Source: an uncultured virus (IMG/VR IMGVR_UViG_2061766007_004328) (lineage: Duplodnaviria; Heunggongvirae; Uroviricota; Caudoviricetes). Taken from it: DNA of 20,000 nt. Made by a program: the position numbers and the translations under genes. Positions within the stretch are counted from its first letter, which is position 1, and each line of letters opens with the position of its first letter. This document shows positions 7,243 through 17,373 of this stretch, piece after piece. The stretch lies in the IMG/VR virus record IMGVR_UViG_2061766007_004328; one strand, given 5' to 3'. The notes under the pieces are model-generated. The model made no database searches, was not told the origin of the DNA, and worked only from the letters and a program-made list of their open reading frames with translations.

Positions 7243-7860
7243 ATGGAAGAGATGGAGATTATAACCGAGGCCACGAGCAAGCTCCCGTTGTGGGCGAATG
7301 TCGTCATCGGTATCACGGTATCATTCGGCGGTCTGGAGTTCATCAAATATCTCGTGGGTCTGTTCGTGAACTGGCGTGCCAACAAGCGGAAGAACTCCGC
7401 TGAGGCGAAGGAATCCGAGGCCGTGGCCCATCAGCAGGTGGCCACCGCCGGCCAGCAGGATGCCGACTGGCGACAGAAGGAGCTCGAGCTGATGACTTCG
7501 TTCGTCGATACGGCAAAGAAGCAGTATGCGGATCTGACGCAGAGATATGAGGAACTGAAGGAGGAGAAAGAGGAAGACCATAAGATCAAGCAGGAGCTCC
7601 GAAAGGAGATTCGTGCGCTCAACTTGTGGAAGCTGGAGCAGGAGCGGAAGACAGAAGGGCTGCAGAGGGCCTTCACAGAAAGCGAGTCGCGCAGGATAGC
7701 CGCCGAACGGCTCTACTGCTCCCGTGAGGAATGCAAGAAGCGTAAGCCGCCCATCGGCACGTATTCGTCCGACGGCCCGCAGCCGCAGCCGACTGTCGTC
7801 ATCGAGCGCAAGCGTGACGCTGGCGGGCGGTTCGTCAAGCTGGCCGTTTCCCCGGCATAA
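7243..7860 (+). CDS. Membrane-anchored coiled-coil protein (holin-like or lysis-associated candidate)
   Basis: 205 aa with an N-terminal hydrophobic segment (LWANVVIGITVSFGGLEFIKYLVGLF), a long charged coiled coil, a CxxxxCxxRxPP motif and a C-terminal RDAGGRF. Confidence 0.55.
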   Translation: MEEMEIITEATSKLPLWANVVIGITVSFGGLEFIKYLVGLFVNWRANKRKNSAEAKESEAVAHQQVATAGQQDADWRQKELELMTSFVDTAKKQYADLTQRYEELKEEKEEDHKIKQELRKEIRALNLWKLEQERKTEGLQRAFTESESRRIAAERLYCSREECKKRKPPIGTYSSDGPQPQPTVVIERKRDAGGRFVKLAVSPA

Positions 7861-7894
7861 CGGAATACAGTAACAACGTTCAAAACCTGAATCT

Positions 7895-10800
7895 ATGGTC
7901 ATTTATAGCGCAAGCGGAGTACCTGTCATCGCGATCGACGTCGATGACAGCTCCTATCGTTACCGCGAGATAATGGGCGACTGCAAGGTGTACCTGGAGT
8001 TCGCCCTTACGATGCACGTGGAAATTTTGCCGGGCAGCTTTATCCGGCATCAAGGCGAGGTCTATACGCTGATGACGTATCAGGACGTGACCATCCGGCA
8101 CAACCGTGATTACGAATACAAGGCCACGTTCGAAGGGCCGACCGCCAGGTTCCGCAAGTACCGTGTCCACAATCTCGTGGACGGCCGTCTGAAGTTCGAC
8201 TACATCGCCAAGCCGATCGACCATCTGCGGCTGGTCGTTGGCAACCTCTGCGAACGCGAGGGTGCCGGTGCCTGGGAGGTCGGCGACTGTGTGGACGGCA
8301 AGGAGGTCCTCGTGTCGTACAACCACACCCGTCTGGACGAGGCGATGAACACCATCGCGGAGGCCTGCGGCACGGAGTGGGAAGGAGCCGGCGGGCTGCT
8401 CTCGCTGAAGAAGGTGGAGTACAACGCGGACGAGCCGCTTGCGCTGGCCTACGGCAAGAACCTCGGCTTCAAGCCCGGTGTTGGCCGTCTGAACTACGGG
8501 GAGTTTGGGCAGATCGAGAAGGTGTACATACAGGGCAGCGAGAGGAATATCGTGTTGAAGGACTATGGCAGCGCAACGCTGCTGCTCCCGAAGGGCCTGA
8601 CATTCTTCTTCGACGGCGCCAAGCTGAAGTACACGATTGACGGCACGACCTACACGGAGTCCGGCTTCGATGCAGACAAGGCCGTGAAGATGGTCACGGA
8701 CGCCAACGGCTTCTCCGTCCGTCTGTACGATGCGCCGGTGGACTGCAACGAGGACTCGCTGGATATGACCGAGATTTACCCGAAGCGTGTCGGAACGGTG
8801 ACCGACGTCCGCTACGAATATGAGGGCGGGTACTACACGTACGCCGAACTGATAGCCGCATATCCGAACCTCACGGACGAGGAGTGGGCGAAGGTGCAGG
8901 TCGATGTCTTCGACAACACCATCCCTGCCGCCCTGGACTTCGCGGAATGCCTTATCGCCAACGACGAACCGCTGACGGTTATATTTCAATCCGGGATGCT
9001 GGCGGGCAAGGAGTTCAATGCCACGTTCTACAAGGAGCCGAAGACAAAGACGGTGTTCGACGGAAGTGGCAACCCGTCCACGGTGCAGGTCAAGGCCGGC
9101 AACCGCTTCGAGCTGGTGAAGGCCAGCATCGACGGCTACGAGATGCCGGGCGGAGCTTTCCGTCCGAACGCAAGTTCCGGCCAAGACGAATACATCGTTG
9201 TGAACGTCTCGATGCCCGAGGCGTATATCTGCAACTATCCGTCCTTCGAGGGTGCCGAGATTGACGCCCTGCGTGCCTCTGCCAAGCATCTGTACGAGAA
9301 CAAGGACGCGCAGTTCACTTTCAAGGGCGAGGTGGACGGCCTGTTCGCAAAGCGCAACTGGACGGAGGTCGGCCCGAAGCTGATCCTCGGCGGCTGCGTT
9401 TCGTTCTCGCACCCGTCCGTACAGCCGGACGCACTGGTCACGCGGATCAAGGCCATCAAGGACTATATCAACAACCCGTACTCGCCGGAGGTGACGCTGA
9501 GCAACGAGACCGTCAAGGGCGGTCTCTCGTCGCGTCTGTCGGAGATGGAGGGTGCAACGGAGCACGTCAACCGCAGGGTGGACGATTCCGTCAGGTACAC
9601 CCGCCGCAGCTGGAGGGACGCGAAGGAGTCGCAGGAGATGCTGGTGCGTATGGCGCTGGAGGAGTTCACGGGCACGATAAGCCCGATTGCCGTCAACACG
9701 ATGCAGATGCTTGTCGGCAGCGAGAACCTGCAGTACAGCTTCATCACGTCGCTGACGAATATGACGCCCGTGGCGCACAACCTGTCGTTCGATACCTATG
9801 GGCGCATCGTCTGCCCGGCTGCGTACATTATGCACCACACGAAGGGCATCGACACCGTGCAGGCAGACCGGCCCGTGACGGACTATATGCGCTGGTCGCT
9901 GACCGCCAAGACGCTTGCGTTCACGGATGAGACGAAGCCGTACTATCTGTACATCAAGACGAACAGATTGAATGCGGCCGGTACTGGAACGGGCGAGTTC
10001 GTCATTTCGGAAGACCCGATTGCCATTGAGGAGGTGTCCGGCTACTGGCACTTCCTGTATGCGACAATCGGCGCCGTCGTGGACGGAGAGCGCAGCATTG
10101 TCACGTACAACGGCTTCACGGAGATCACGCCGGGCCGCATCACGGCATACAAGATTCAGAGCCCTGACGGCAACAGCCTGGTCATCGATGCGCTAAACTC
10201 GTTCTTCAAGATGCAGAAGGGCAACAAGTTCTTCAAGGTCGATATGACCAACGGCCACGATGACATCATATTCTCCGGCGTGATGACGCAGAACAAGGGC
10301 GGCGATTCATCCCCGGTGACTTGCCATCGCGGGCCGTATGATGCCACAAAGAAATACTACTACGGCGATGAAGTGTCGCACAATGGCTCGTCGTGGTGGC
10401 ACAAGGGCACTGAGGACACCGGACCTGGAACGACCGCCGGTGTCGTGGAGCCAGGAACGAACAGTGCCGTCTGGGAGCAGAACGTATCGAAAGGAACGTC
10501 CGGCCAGGGCAACTACAAGAGTATCGTCTTCAAGCGCAGCACGACACAGCCGGACACGCCGACTGGCGGCTCCTATGCAAACCCCGTCCCGGAAGGGTGG
10601 AGTGACGGCATCCCGTCCGGCGATTACGCCCTGTGGATGAGTACCCGAATCTTCACGAGCGACGGCCAGGCGCCGCAGCAGTCCGCTTGGACGACACCGC
10701 AGCAGGCCACCGACACCGCGGACATCGACTTCGAGTATTCATCCGTGGCCAACACCCCGGGCAACCCGACCGACAACCCGAGCAACTGGAGCAACGATGC

Positions 10801-13327
10801 CAACGAGAACACGATCTGGATGGCCGTACGCAAGTGCTCCAACGGTGTGTGGGGTAGCTGGGAGGTCAGCAAAATCAAGGGCGAGAAAGGCACGGACGGC
10901 GCCTTCAAGAGCACGGTGTTCAAGCGGTCGAATACCGCTCCGTCTGCACCGTCTGGCGGTACGTACGCAAGCCCTGTCCCGTCCGGCTGGAGCGATGGCA
11001 TCCCGAACGGAACGGCCATCGTGTGGGCTTCGTCTTGTACGTTCTATGCGGACGACACCAGCACCGGGTGGAGCACGCCTCGGCAGATGACCGACACCGA
11101 CACCTTTGATGTCGAGTTCGCCAAGATGCAGACCAACGACGCTGTGCCGGCAACGCCTACAGATGCCAACCGTCACGGCGGCAGCGGTACGCAGATATGG
11201 TTCGATCCGGCCCTCGATACGTCCGAGGACTTCACGCAGATGTACTGGCGCGCCGAACGCGAGTGCATCAACGGCGTATGGGGCGACTGGACGATAATCA
11301 GGATCAAGGGAGAGAAGGGCGACCCGGGTGATGGCGGCATCAACACGGCTGTCGTGTATCTGTACAAGCGGGCCGCTTCTGCTCCGACCATCGACTGGAA
11401 CGATACGCTGACCTATTCGTTCTCGAACAAGGCGCTGACGTCCGTTCCGTCCGGATGGTCTGCAACTATCCCTGCGGCCAACGGAAACCCGCTGTACGTT
11501 ACAGCGGCCACCGCGGCGAGCGACGGCGAAACGGACACCATTGCCAAGAACGAGTGGGCCACGCCCGTGATGCTCGCCGAGGATGGCGCCGATGGCCTCA
11601 ATTCGGCCACGGTCGTGCTGTACAAGAGGGCGTCTTCCGCTCCGACGGCACCGAGCAGCAGCCTGACCTACACGTTCGCGACGGGCGTCCTCTCCGGCAC
11701 GGGCGCGAGCCCCCTTGCAGGTTGGTCGCAGACGATGCCGTCCGTGGACGGCAACCCGTGCTACCGCATACAGGCAACGGCAGTCTCGACCGGCGACACC
11801 GATACGATTCTCTCGTCCGAGTGGTCGGAGGTCACGAAGATCCTGGAGGACGGTGCATCCATTGTCGTTCAGTATAGCGCAGACGGTTCTTCGTGGCACA
11901 GTTCGTTCGTCACGGGCGATATTTGGATGCGCACGAAGATTGAAGGCACGTCCACGTGGGGCGATGCCGTCCGTATCGTAGGCGAGAAGGGTGCGACGGG
12001 CGATAAGGGCGAATACACGGACTACTCGTTCGCCTATTCGTCCAGCCTGACGACTGCAAGCACGACCACCGCCCCGAGCGATGTGTCCACGTGGTACGAT
12101 GCTCCGCCGACACCCGTGTCCGGGAAGTATCTGTGGATGAAGATTGTCACGATGACTTGGAACTCGAACACGGGGCAATACGTGGAGGGTACTGCGTACT
12201 ACGCCCGCATCGGCGGTGAGCAGGGCCAGCAGGGCGCAGCCGGAAAGTCGATGCGTACCTTCACGTACTGGACTTCCGCAGGCTGGGAGGGCACCGGTGA
12301 GTATCAGGGCCGCGATGACAGCCTGACCGACTACCCGACGCACAAGTACCAAGACCAGGCCATCGATCCGGAAGACGGGTACATCTATTTGTGCATCCTG
12401 ACGAGAAGTGGCAATACATACGCAACGTCCGCAAGGCCGGGCCAGAACAGCGCCTGCTGGGAGAAGATGTCCTACTACAAGGCGATCTCCACGGATGCGC
12501 TGACCGCCATTGTCGCCTTCATCAAGACGCTGACGGTCGAGCAGCTGCACGCTATGGACTCCAATGGTACGGAGCGCATCAGCATCGCCGGTGACACGAT
12601 TGATGTCAAGAAGTCCACGGGCGACACCGCCTCTCTTATCCATAGCGGTTCGCTGTCCGGGACGAGCACGATTTCCGGCACTACGATTTCGTCGTTCAGC
12701 GGCAGCGCATATAGTGGCTACGGAGAAGTGACCGCTCAGATTGCGAACCTGCTCGGCCAGACGATAACAATTCAGCGGGCCGGCAACACGGTTGTCGTGC
12801 CGAGGATTACGTACCAGGCCAGCTACTCCGGCAGTCACGCCGCGAAATCCGACCTCGGCGGCGAGATCCGCGCATACCTGACGGACGGCACCAACGAGAT
12901 TGCCGTATTCACGAAGGCTGTCACCCTCGATTCTGCTTTCAGCGAGACCTCGCAGGAGAAGAAAATCTCGCTCCCCGTCGGAACGTGGACGTTCAAGGTG
13001 GATCTGGAAGTCGGACTCATCGAGTCGGAAGACCGCATCTATGTGGCTGCTTCGAGGTATTCCGGCTCGTTCTCGGTGTCCTATCCGAGCGGCAACGACG
13101 CATCGAAGAACGAGATGGCCGGCGACGGCTTCCGTTCAAGCTGGAACGGAGAGGGTTTCCAAGCGACAGGCGGCGGCGCGAAAGTGATCATCGGCGGCGA
13201 GAACTTCAATATGGTCGGTGTCGGTGCGCTGAACGGCCTGACGCCGTTCAAGAAGATCATCATCTGCACCGCATACCCGAGCACGCTCGAGTCCGGTGCG
13301 TTCTACTGGAAGGTATCAACCACATAG
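7895..13327 (+). CDS. Large tail tip / baseplate hub (Tal-like) protein with a repetitive C-terminal extension
   Basis: 1810 aa. The N-terminal ~550 aa resemble Bacteroidota phage tail hub proteins (YREIMG, LAYGKNLG, GSERNI, EIYPKRVGTVT, FQSGMLAGKEF, YINNPYSPEVTLSN). These are followed by Trp/Pro-rich repeats separated by short Gly-X-Y linkers. Confidence 0.8.
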   Translation: MVIYSASGVPVIAIDVDDSSYRYREIMGDCKVYLEFALTMHVEILPGSFIRHQGEVYTLMTYQDVTIRHNRDYEYKATFEGPTARFRKYRVHNLVDGRLKFDYIAKPIDHLRLVVGNLCEREGAGAWEVGDCVDGKEVLVSYNHTRLDEAMNTIAEACGTEWEGAGGLLSLKKVEYNADEPLALAYGKNLGFKPGVGRLNYGEFGQIEKVYIQGSERNIVLKDYGSATLLLPKGLTFFFDGAKLKYTIDGTTYTESGFDADKAVKMVTDANGFSVRLYDAPVDCNEDSLDMTEIYPKRVGTVTDVRYEYEGGYYTYAELIAAYPNLTDEEWAKVQVDVFDNTIPAALDFAECLIANDEPLTVIFQSGMLAGKEFNATFYKEPKTKTVFDGSGNPSTVQVKAGNRFELVKASIDGYEMPGGAFRPNASSGQDEYIVVNVSMPEAYICNYPSFEGAEIDALRASAKHLYENKDAQFTFKGEVDGLFAKRNWTEVGPKLILGGCVSFSHPSVQPDALVTRIKAIKDYINNPYSPEVTLSNETVKGGLSSRLSEMEGATEHVNRRVDDSVRYTRRSWRDAKESQEMLVRMALEEFTGTISPIAVNTMQMLVGSENLQYSFITSLTNMTPVAHNLSFDTYGRIVCPAAYIMHHTKGIDTVQADRPVTDYMRWSLTAKTLAFTDETKPYYLYIKTNRLNAAGTGTGEFVISEDPIAIEEVSGYWHFLYATIGAVVDGERSIVTYNGFTEITPGRITAYKIQSPDGNSLVIDALNSFFKMQKGNKFFKVDMTNGHDDIIFSGVMTQNKGGDSSPVTCHRGPYDATKKYYYGDEVSHNGSSWWHKGTEDTGPGTTAGVVEPGTNSAVWEQNVSKGTSGQGNYKSIVFKRSTTQPDTPTGGSYANPVPEGWSDGIPSGDYALWMSTRIFTSDGQAPQQSAWTTPQQATDTADIDFEYSSVANTPGNPTDNPSNWSNDANENTIWMAVRKCSNGVWGSWEVSKIKGEKGTDGAFKSTVFKRSNTAPSAPSGGTYASPVPSGWSDGIPNGTAIVWASSCTFYADDTSTGWSTPRQMTDTDTFDVEFAKMQTNDAVPATPTDANRHGGSGTQIWFDPALDTSEDFTQMYWRAERECINGVWGDWTIIRIKGEKGDPGDGGINTAVVYLYKRAASAPTIDWNDTLTYSFSNKALTSVPSGWSATIPAANGNPLYVTAATAASDGETDTIAKNEWATPVMLAEDGADGLNSATVVLYKRASSAPTAPSSSLTYTFATGVLSGTGASPLAGWSQTMPSVDGNPCYRIQATAVSTGDTDTILSSEWSEVTKILEDGASIVVQYSADGSSWHSSFVTGDIWMRTKIEGTSTWGDAVRIVGEKGATGDKGEYTDYSFAYSSSLTTASTTTAPSDVSTWYDAPPTPVSGKYLWMKIVTMTWNSNTGQYVEGTAYYARIGGEQGQQGAAGKSMRTFTYWTSAGWEGTGEYQGRDDSLTDYPTHKYQDQAIDPEDGYIYLCILTRSGNTYATSARPGQNSACWEKMSYYKAISTDALTAIVAFIKTLTVEQLHAMDSNGTERISIAGDTIDVKKSTGDTASLIHSGSLSGTSTISGTTISSFSGSAYSGYGEVTAQIANLLGQTITIQRAGNTVVVPRITYQASYSGSHAAKSDLGGEIRAYLTDGTNEIAVFTKAVTLDSAFSETSQEKKISLPVGTWTFKVDLEVGLIESEDRIYVAASRYSGSFSVSYPSGNDASKNEMAGDGFRSSWNGEGFQATGGGAKVIIGGENFNMVGVGALNGLTPFKKIIICTAYPSTLESGAFYWKVSTT
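10514..11854 (+). repeat. Two pairs of tandem protein repeats within the tail hub gene
   Basis: Pair A starts at 10514 and 10904 (KSxVFKRS..P..PxGGxYAxPVPxGWSDGIPxG). Pair B starts at 11339 and 11597 (NxAxVxLYKRAxSAPT...LTYxF...GWSxTxP...GNP...ATAxSxGxTDTI...EW...LxEDG). Units are joined by KGEKG-type linkers. Confidence 0.85.
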
Positions 13328-13337
13328 GAGGTAGAGT

Positions 13338-16300
13338 ATGTCAACGCTGGAAAAGCTGCTGGAAGGCAAGTTCAAGATAGGCAATACGACCTACAAGCTG
13401 GACGAGATAAAGGACGGCGCGAACGGCAATATCATTTGGCCGTTGAACCTGACGTACGTCATCGTGGCCAATACCATCGCGCTGCACTATTCGTCCGGGA
13501 CGAAGATTCTGGCCAACGCCTCGAACTATGCCTACGTGACGGCCACGGTGCAGGTGTACCGTGGTACCACGCTGGTCGAGACGCGTGCGAACGAGCGGAT
13601 GAGCATTACGACCATCAGCGACACCACGCACTTCGAGATACGGGACGGGAATACGGTCTATGCGAAGAACATCGACCCGAACAACCCGACGAAGGGTATG
13701 GGTGCAATCGAGTTCCCGAACGGCCTGACCTGCGACATCACGAACTACGGGTATAGCGGCGTGTCGGTCACGACCAATCCGCTGACCGTCGAGCAGCAGG
13801 CGAATACGAAGACCCCCACCGGGACTACCGATGTCACGACGGCCTTCGAGTTCACGATTTCCAGCAACCAGTTCTATCACACGGGCGGCACGATTTCGAT
13901 CGACGGAACGCAGACCTACAACGTCAAGACCGCCTATTCGTGGACGAGTGGTGCGACCAGCGAGGAAACGACATCGACGGGCAACACCCGGTCGCACAAC
14001 CCGGACACCCTGCTCGTCACGCCTACGCCGCAGTCCATCGCCAGTGACAAGAGCAGCGTCACGTTCGCAGCGAACAATGGCAGCAGCGACATTACGTATC
14101 AGATTATGGCATCGCTGGACGGCAAGGGCGGCACCGCCAAGAGCGTCAAGGTGCTTGCCGCCATCTATGCGTACAGTAACCTTCAGATCTTGTTGTACGG
14201 CTATTCGCTCATTCCGGCAAGCGGCGGCCAGGAGTATGCGGACTCCATTCCGTTCTCCATTGACTACTCGCTGGACGGCGTGGCGCAGGGAACGCTCAGT
14301 GGAGTTGTCGCAAGCGGGGCGACCACCGCTACCGCATCGCACAACGGCCACTCCGTGACCGTAAATGTCGTCTATATGCGGAAGGTCAACGGCTCGTGGG
14401 TTTTGGACTCCGGGAGAGGTCTCGTCTCGGCCACGACGCGTGGCTACAACGAGGACTCCGGGAACACGACCGATACCGTGACTTACCCGGAGCGGAAGGT
14501 CGGCCTGTCGCTCGGCAGCTTGACTGCGGAGGCATCTACGACCGTCTATCAGCAGCGGAACTACAAGTACGAGAAATCCGGGAGCCGTTCGCAGACCTCG
14601 TACTCCGTTTGGCTTTCCACCGACAGCGTGTCCGCAGAGCAGAACACGATCTACGTGTATGGCCGTGCGTACTATTCGTTCCTGTGGGCGTGGGTCAGCG
14701 AGGCGCCGGACACGCAGGGTTCCGACTACTCGGATGTATATCCGACGGCCATCAGCACGTCGCCAGATGTCGGAAGCCAGAATATCAACATATCGAGACA
14801 TAGCGTCACGATTCCGGCGAACACGTCCGGCTCGGCCCGTAGCTTCCGTATCACGGGTTCGTACGGCGGTTACTCCGACTACGCCGACGTTGACCAGGAG
14901 GCTATAGCGTACACTTATGGAACGCCGCGCGTATCGATCGAATACGATATCATCGGAGCGGCCGGCGGAACGCTGTACCCGACGATCATCTTCACGCAGG
15001 ACAAGTATCAAGGCAGTACGAAGGTCGGCACGATTACCGGCCAGCTGTCGAATGGCGCCATGAGCGGCACGGCAAGCGACGGCTCGTCGTTCAGCCTGAC
15101 GCAGATAAGCGGCTCCAGTGTAAACGGCACGTTCAGTACCAGTAGCGCCGGTGTGACAATCGGCTCCCGCGGAACGACGGAAGGATCTGAACGGGTTGCT
15201 GCCCGGTACATCTATGTCAAGTTGAAGTGTCACGACCTGACGGGCGATTCCTACGACACCGACGGCTATGTGTCCTGTAATCAGGCGGAGAACTACAAGG
15301 GAAGCTACATCGATCCGGTGTACACGTCCGTCCGCATCGTGTCGCTGTCGAAGACGAGCGTCAACACCTGCGCCGAGACGGCGGTCACGGCATCCGTCAA
15401 GGCGACCTGGACCGATGGCGGCTACAAGTATTCTGCGTTCTATGACGGCGATACATCCGCATACACCGGCCTGACGCAGCACAACGACGAGGCCGTCACA
15501 GGTACCAACGGCGTGACGATGCGCCTGAATAGCACGACCGATTTCTCGAACTCGACCAACGAGTTCAAGGTGTCGAACCTGCACAATACGAGCAGCAAGA
15601 CGCACTCCGTGGTCGCGATGTTCGGTGACAAGACCAGCTCGGCCAGTTCCGTCACGCAGGCCGCGGACTCCCAGAGCGACTGGCTCACTCGCGACTATCT
15701 CGTGTCGGTCAGCATCGCCAGCAACGGTGTCAACGCTGCGGGCGGTACTGCGACCGTTTCCGCTTCGGCATCGCACACGAAATACAAGAAGTGGCTGTCG
15801 GACAATACCGAAGTTTCCGGCACGGCATCTTCCGTCACCGACACCCCGACGCTCTCGCTTGTGGATATGTCCAGCAGCGGCGCGTTCTCGCTCTCCGGCA
15901 CGACCGTCACGCACCGATATATGGACAACGCCGAGACCACAGACTCCGTGAAGGTCAAGGCCACGAATGGTAGCGCCACTGCAACTACCTCAGCCATAAC
16001 CGCGACCAACTCGAAGTCGTACGGCAATATCTCGATGTCCTACACCGGGAGCCAGTACATCGCGGCAAGCGGCGGTGCCGTCCCGTTCTCTGCGGAGTGT
16101 CCGATTTCGTGGACGAGCGGTCGAACGGGCGACAAGCTATCGACGCTGGACTTCACGTGGTCGTTCTACTCGAAGGGCAACAACGGCAAGCGAACCTACA
16201 CGTTCTCTGACGGAACAAACCTGAAGGTAGCCACGTTCGGCAGTCTCGGAACAAATACGGTGTCGGATGACAAGGACACCGTTGTTCGCGCATCGTACAC

Positions 16301-16919
16301 CGGCGCCGGATATGCCGAGAAGACGCTTGTCGAGCGGAAGAATATCGTCACCGGCAAGACGCTGACCGTGAACTGGAACATTACCGGCGCACCGATCAGC
16401 GGTGTCGGCGGCACTGCAACCATCAAGGTCTCGTCCGCAAGCATACAGTCCACGTATTCGTCCGGCAGCTCGGGTTCGCCTTCTTCGATCACGTCAGGTA
16501 TGGTGCTGAACAACACCACGGCGTCCGGCACGGGCTTCACGTACACGCACAGCACGGGTGCGACATCTGCCACCCTGAAGGCCATCCGCAACCCGAGCAA
16601 CACGAACAGTCGTTCTTGTACGCTCACGGTGTCATATCAGGATGCTACCACAACGACGACCGTGGAGCAGCTGCCGGTGTACTTCAACGTGGCATACGCG
16701 ACCGGTGGCGGGCAGATTCGCGGCATCATCTCGAATACCGACCCGAACAATTCGCACACGTTTACCTACTATGCGATTCTCGATGGAGCCGTAACCGTTC
16801 CGGAGACAACTGCAACGTGGACCGCTGGCGAGGCGAAGCAGGTCGCTGGCGGTCCGACCGGACACAACCTGTCGGTAGTGGTAACGAAACAGGACGGCCA
16901 GTCATTCATTGAAAGTTGA
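13338..16919 (+). CDS. Ser/Thr-rich virion protein with tandem BACON/Ig-like domains
   Basis: 1193 aa and beta-rich. Recurring unit starts (IPASGG, IGAAGGT, VNAAGGT, IAASGG, ISGVGGT) and unit ends (VTIPANTSGSARSFRIT...VDQEA; RNPSNTNSRSCTLTVSY...VEQ) fit BACON-like repeats. AGGAGG lies at 13326-13331. Confidence 0.7.
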   Translation: MSTLEKLLEGKFKIGNTTYKLDEIKDGANGNIIWPLNLTYVIVANTIALHYSSGTKILANASNYAYVTATVQVYRGTTLVETRANERMSITTISDTTHFEIRDGNTVYAKNIDPNNPTKGMGAIEFPNGLTCDITNYGYSGVSVTTNPLTVEQQANTKTPTGTTDVTTAFEFTISSNQFYHTGGTISIDGTQTYNVKTAYSWTSGATSEETTSTGNTRSHNPDTLLVTPTPQSIASDKSSVTFAANNGSSDITYQIMASLDGKGGTAKSVKVLAAIYAYSNLQILLYGYSLIPASGGQEYADSIPFSIDYSLDGVAQGTLSGVVASGATTATASHNGHSVTVNVVYMRKVNGSWVLDSGRGLVSATTRGYNEDSGNTTDTVTYPERKVGLSLGSLTAEASTTVYQQRNYKYEKSGSRSQTSYSVWLSTDSVSAEQNTIYVYGRAYYSFLWAWVSEAPDTQGSDYSDVYPTAISTSPDVGSQNINISRHSVTIPANTSGSARSFRITGSYGGYSDYADVDQEAIAYTYGTPRVSIEYDIIGAAGGTLYPTIIFTQDKYQGSTKVGTITGQLSNGAMSGTASDGSSFSLTQISGSSVNGTFSTSSAGVTIGSRGTTEGSERVAARYIYVKLKCHDLTGDSYDTDGYVSCNQAENYKGSYIDPVYTSVRIVSLSKTSVNTCAETAVTASVKATWTDGGYKYSAFYDGDTSAYTGLTQHNDEAVTGTNGVTMRLNSTTDFSNSTNEFKVSNLHNTSSKTHSVVAMFGDKTSSASSVTQAADSQSDWLTRDYLVSVSIASNGVNAAGGTATVSASASHTKYKKWLSDNTEVSGTASSVTDTPTLSLVDMSSSGAFSLSGTTVTHRYMDNAETTDSVKVKATNGSATATTSAITATNSKSYGNISMSYTGSQYIAASGGAVPFSAECPISWTSGRTGDKLSTLDFTWSFYSKGNNGKRTYTFSDGTNLKVATFGSLGTNTVSDDKDTVVRASYTGAGYAEKTLVERKNIVTGKTLTVNWNITGAPISGVGGTATIKVSSASIQSTYSSGSSGSPSSITSGMVLNNTTASGTGFTYTHSTGATSATLKAIRNPSNTNSRSCTLTVSYQDATTTTTVEQLPVYFNVAYATGGGQIRGIISNTDPNNSHTFTYYAILDGAVTVPETTATWTAGEAKQVAGGPTGHNLSVVVTKQDGQSFIES

Positions 16920-16923
16920 TGCT

Positions 16924-17373
16924 ATGATAACGACGAAGAACCTTACGCGTAATCTTGACTTCGCTAAGATCGACGAACTGCTCCGATTTGCCCTTGACGG
17001 CAAGTTGCGGCAGGAAGTCATCATTGGTATCGTGGAGCAGGACAGAATCCTCGACCGCCTCAGTACGGAGGATTTCCAGCTGCTCGCCCTGACCTACCAG
17101 TCGGGGTTGCCGCACGTGTACCAGCTCATCATCCGCAGCACGGCGGGCCGGAGCCTGGAGGAGATTGTCTTCCACGAATCCGTCCATCTGCGACAGTACG
17201 AATCGGGCCGTCTGAAGGTCGATCCGTCCACCGGCCGCTGTACGTGGGACGGTCAGGAGTATAAGGCATCCTATCCGTACCGAAGCCGTCCGTGGGAGAT
17301 CGAGGCGTTCCGGGAGCAGGACAAGCTGCAGAAGGCGTGGCGTGCCGCAAAGAGGAAGGAGAGAAGGAGATGA
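16924..17373 (+). CDS. HExxH zinc-metallopeptidase-like protein
   Basis: The ATG at 16924 is preferred over the TTG at 16909. It has VFHESVHLRQY (HExxH at 17173-17187) and a downstream RPWEIEA that could supply a third ligand Glu. Confidence 0.7.
   Translation: MITTKNLTRNLDFAKIDELLRFALDGKLRQEVIIGIVEQDRILDRLSTEDFQLLALTYQSGLPHVYQLIIRSTAGRSLEEIVFHESVHLRQYESGRLKVDPSTGRCTWDGQEYKASYPYRSRPWEIEAFREQDKLQKAWRAAKRKERRR

Noticed and set aside
7880..15914. Long minus-strand ORFs (7880-10051, 10739-12838, 13341-15914) and many shorter antisense or alternate-frame ORFs
   Set aside because: These are shadow frames of GC3-rich genes with Arg/Gly/Val-rich, motif-less translations. The + strand genes tile the region with coupled starts and stops.
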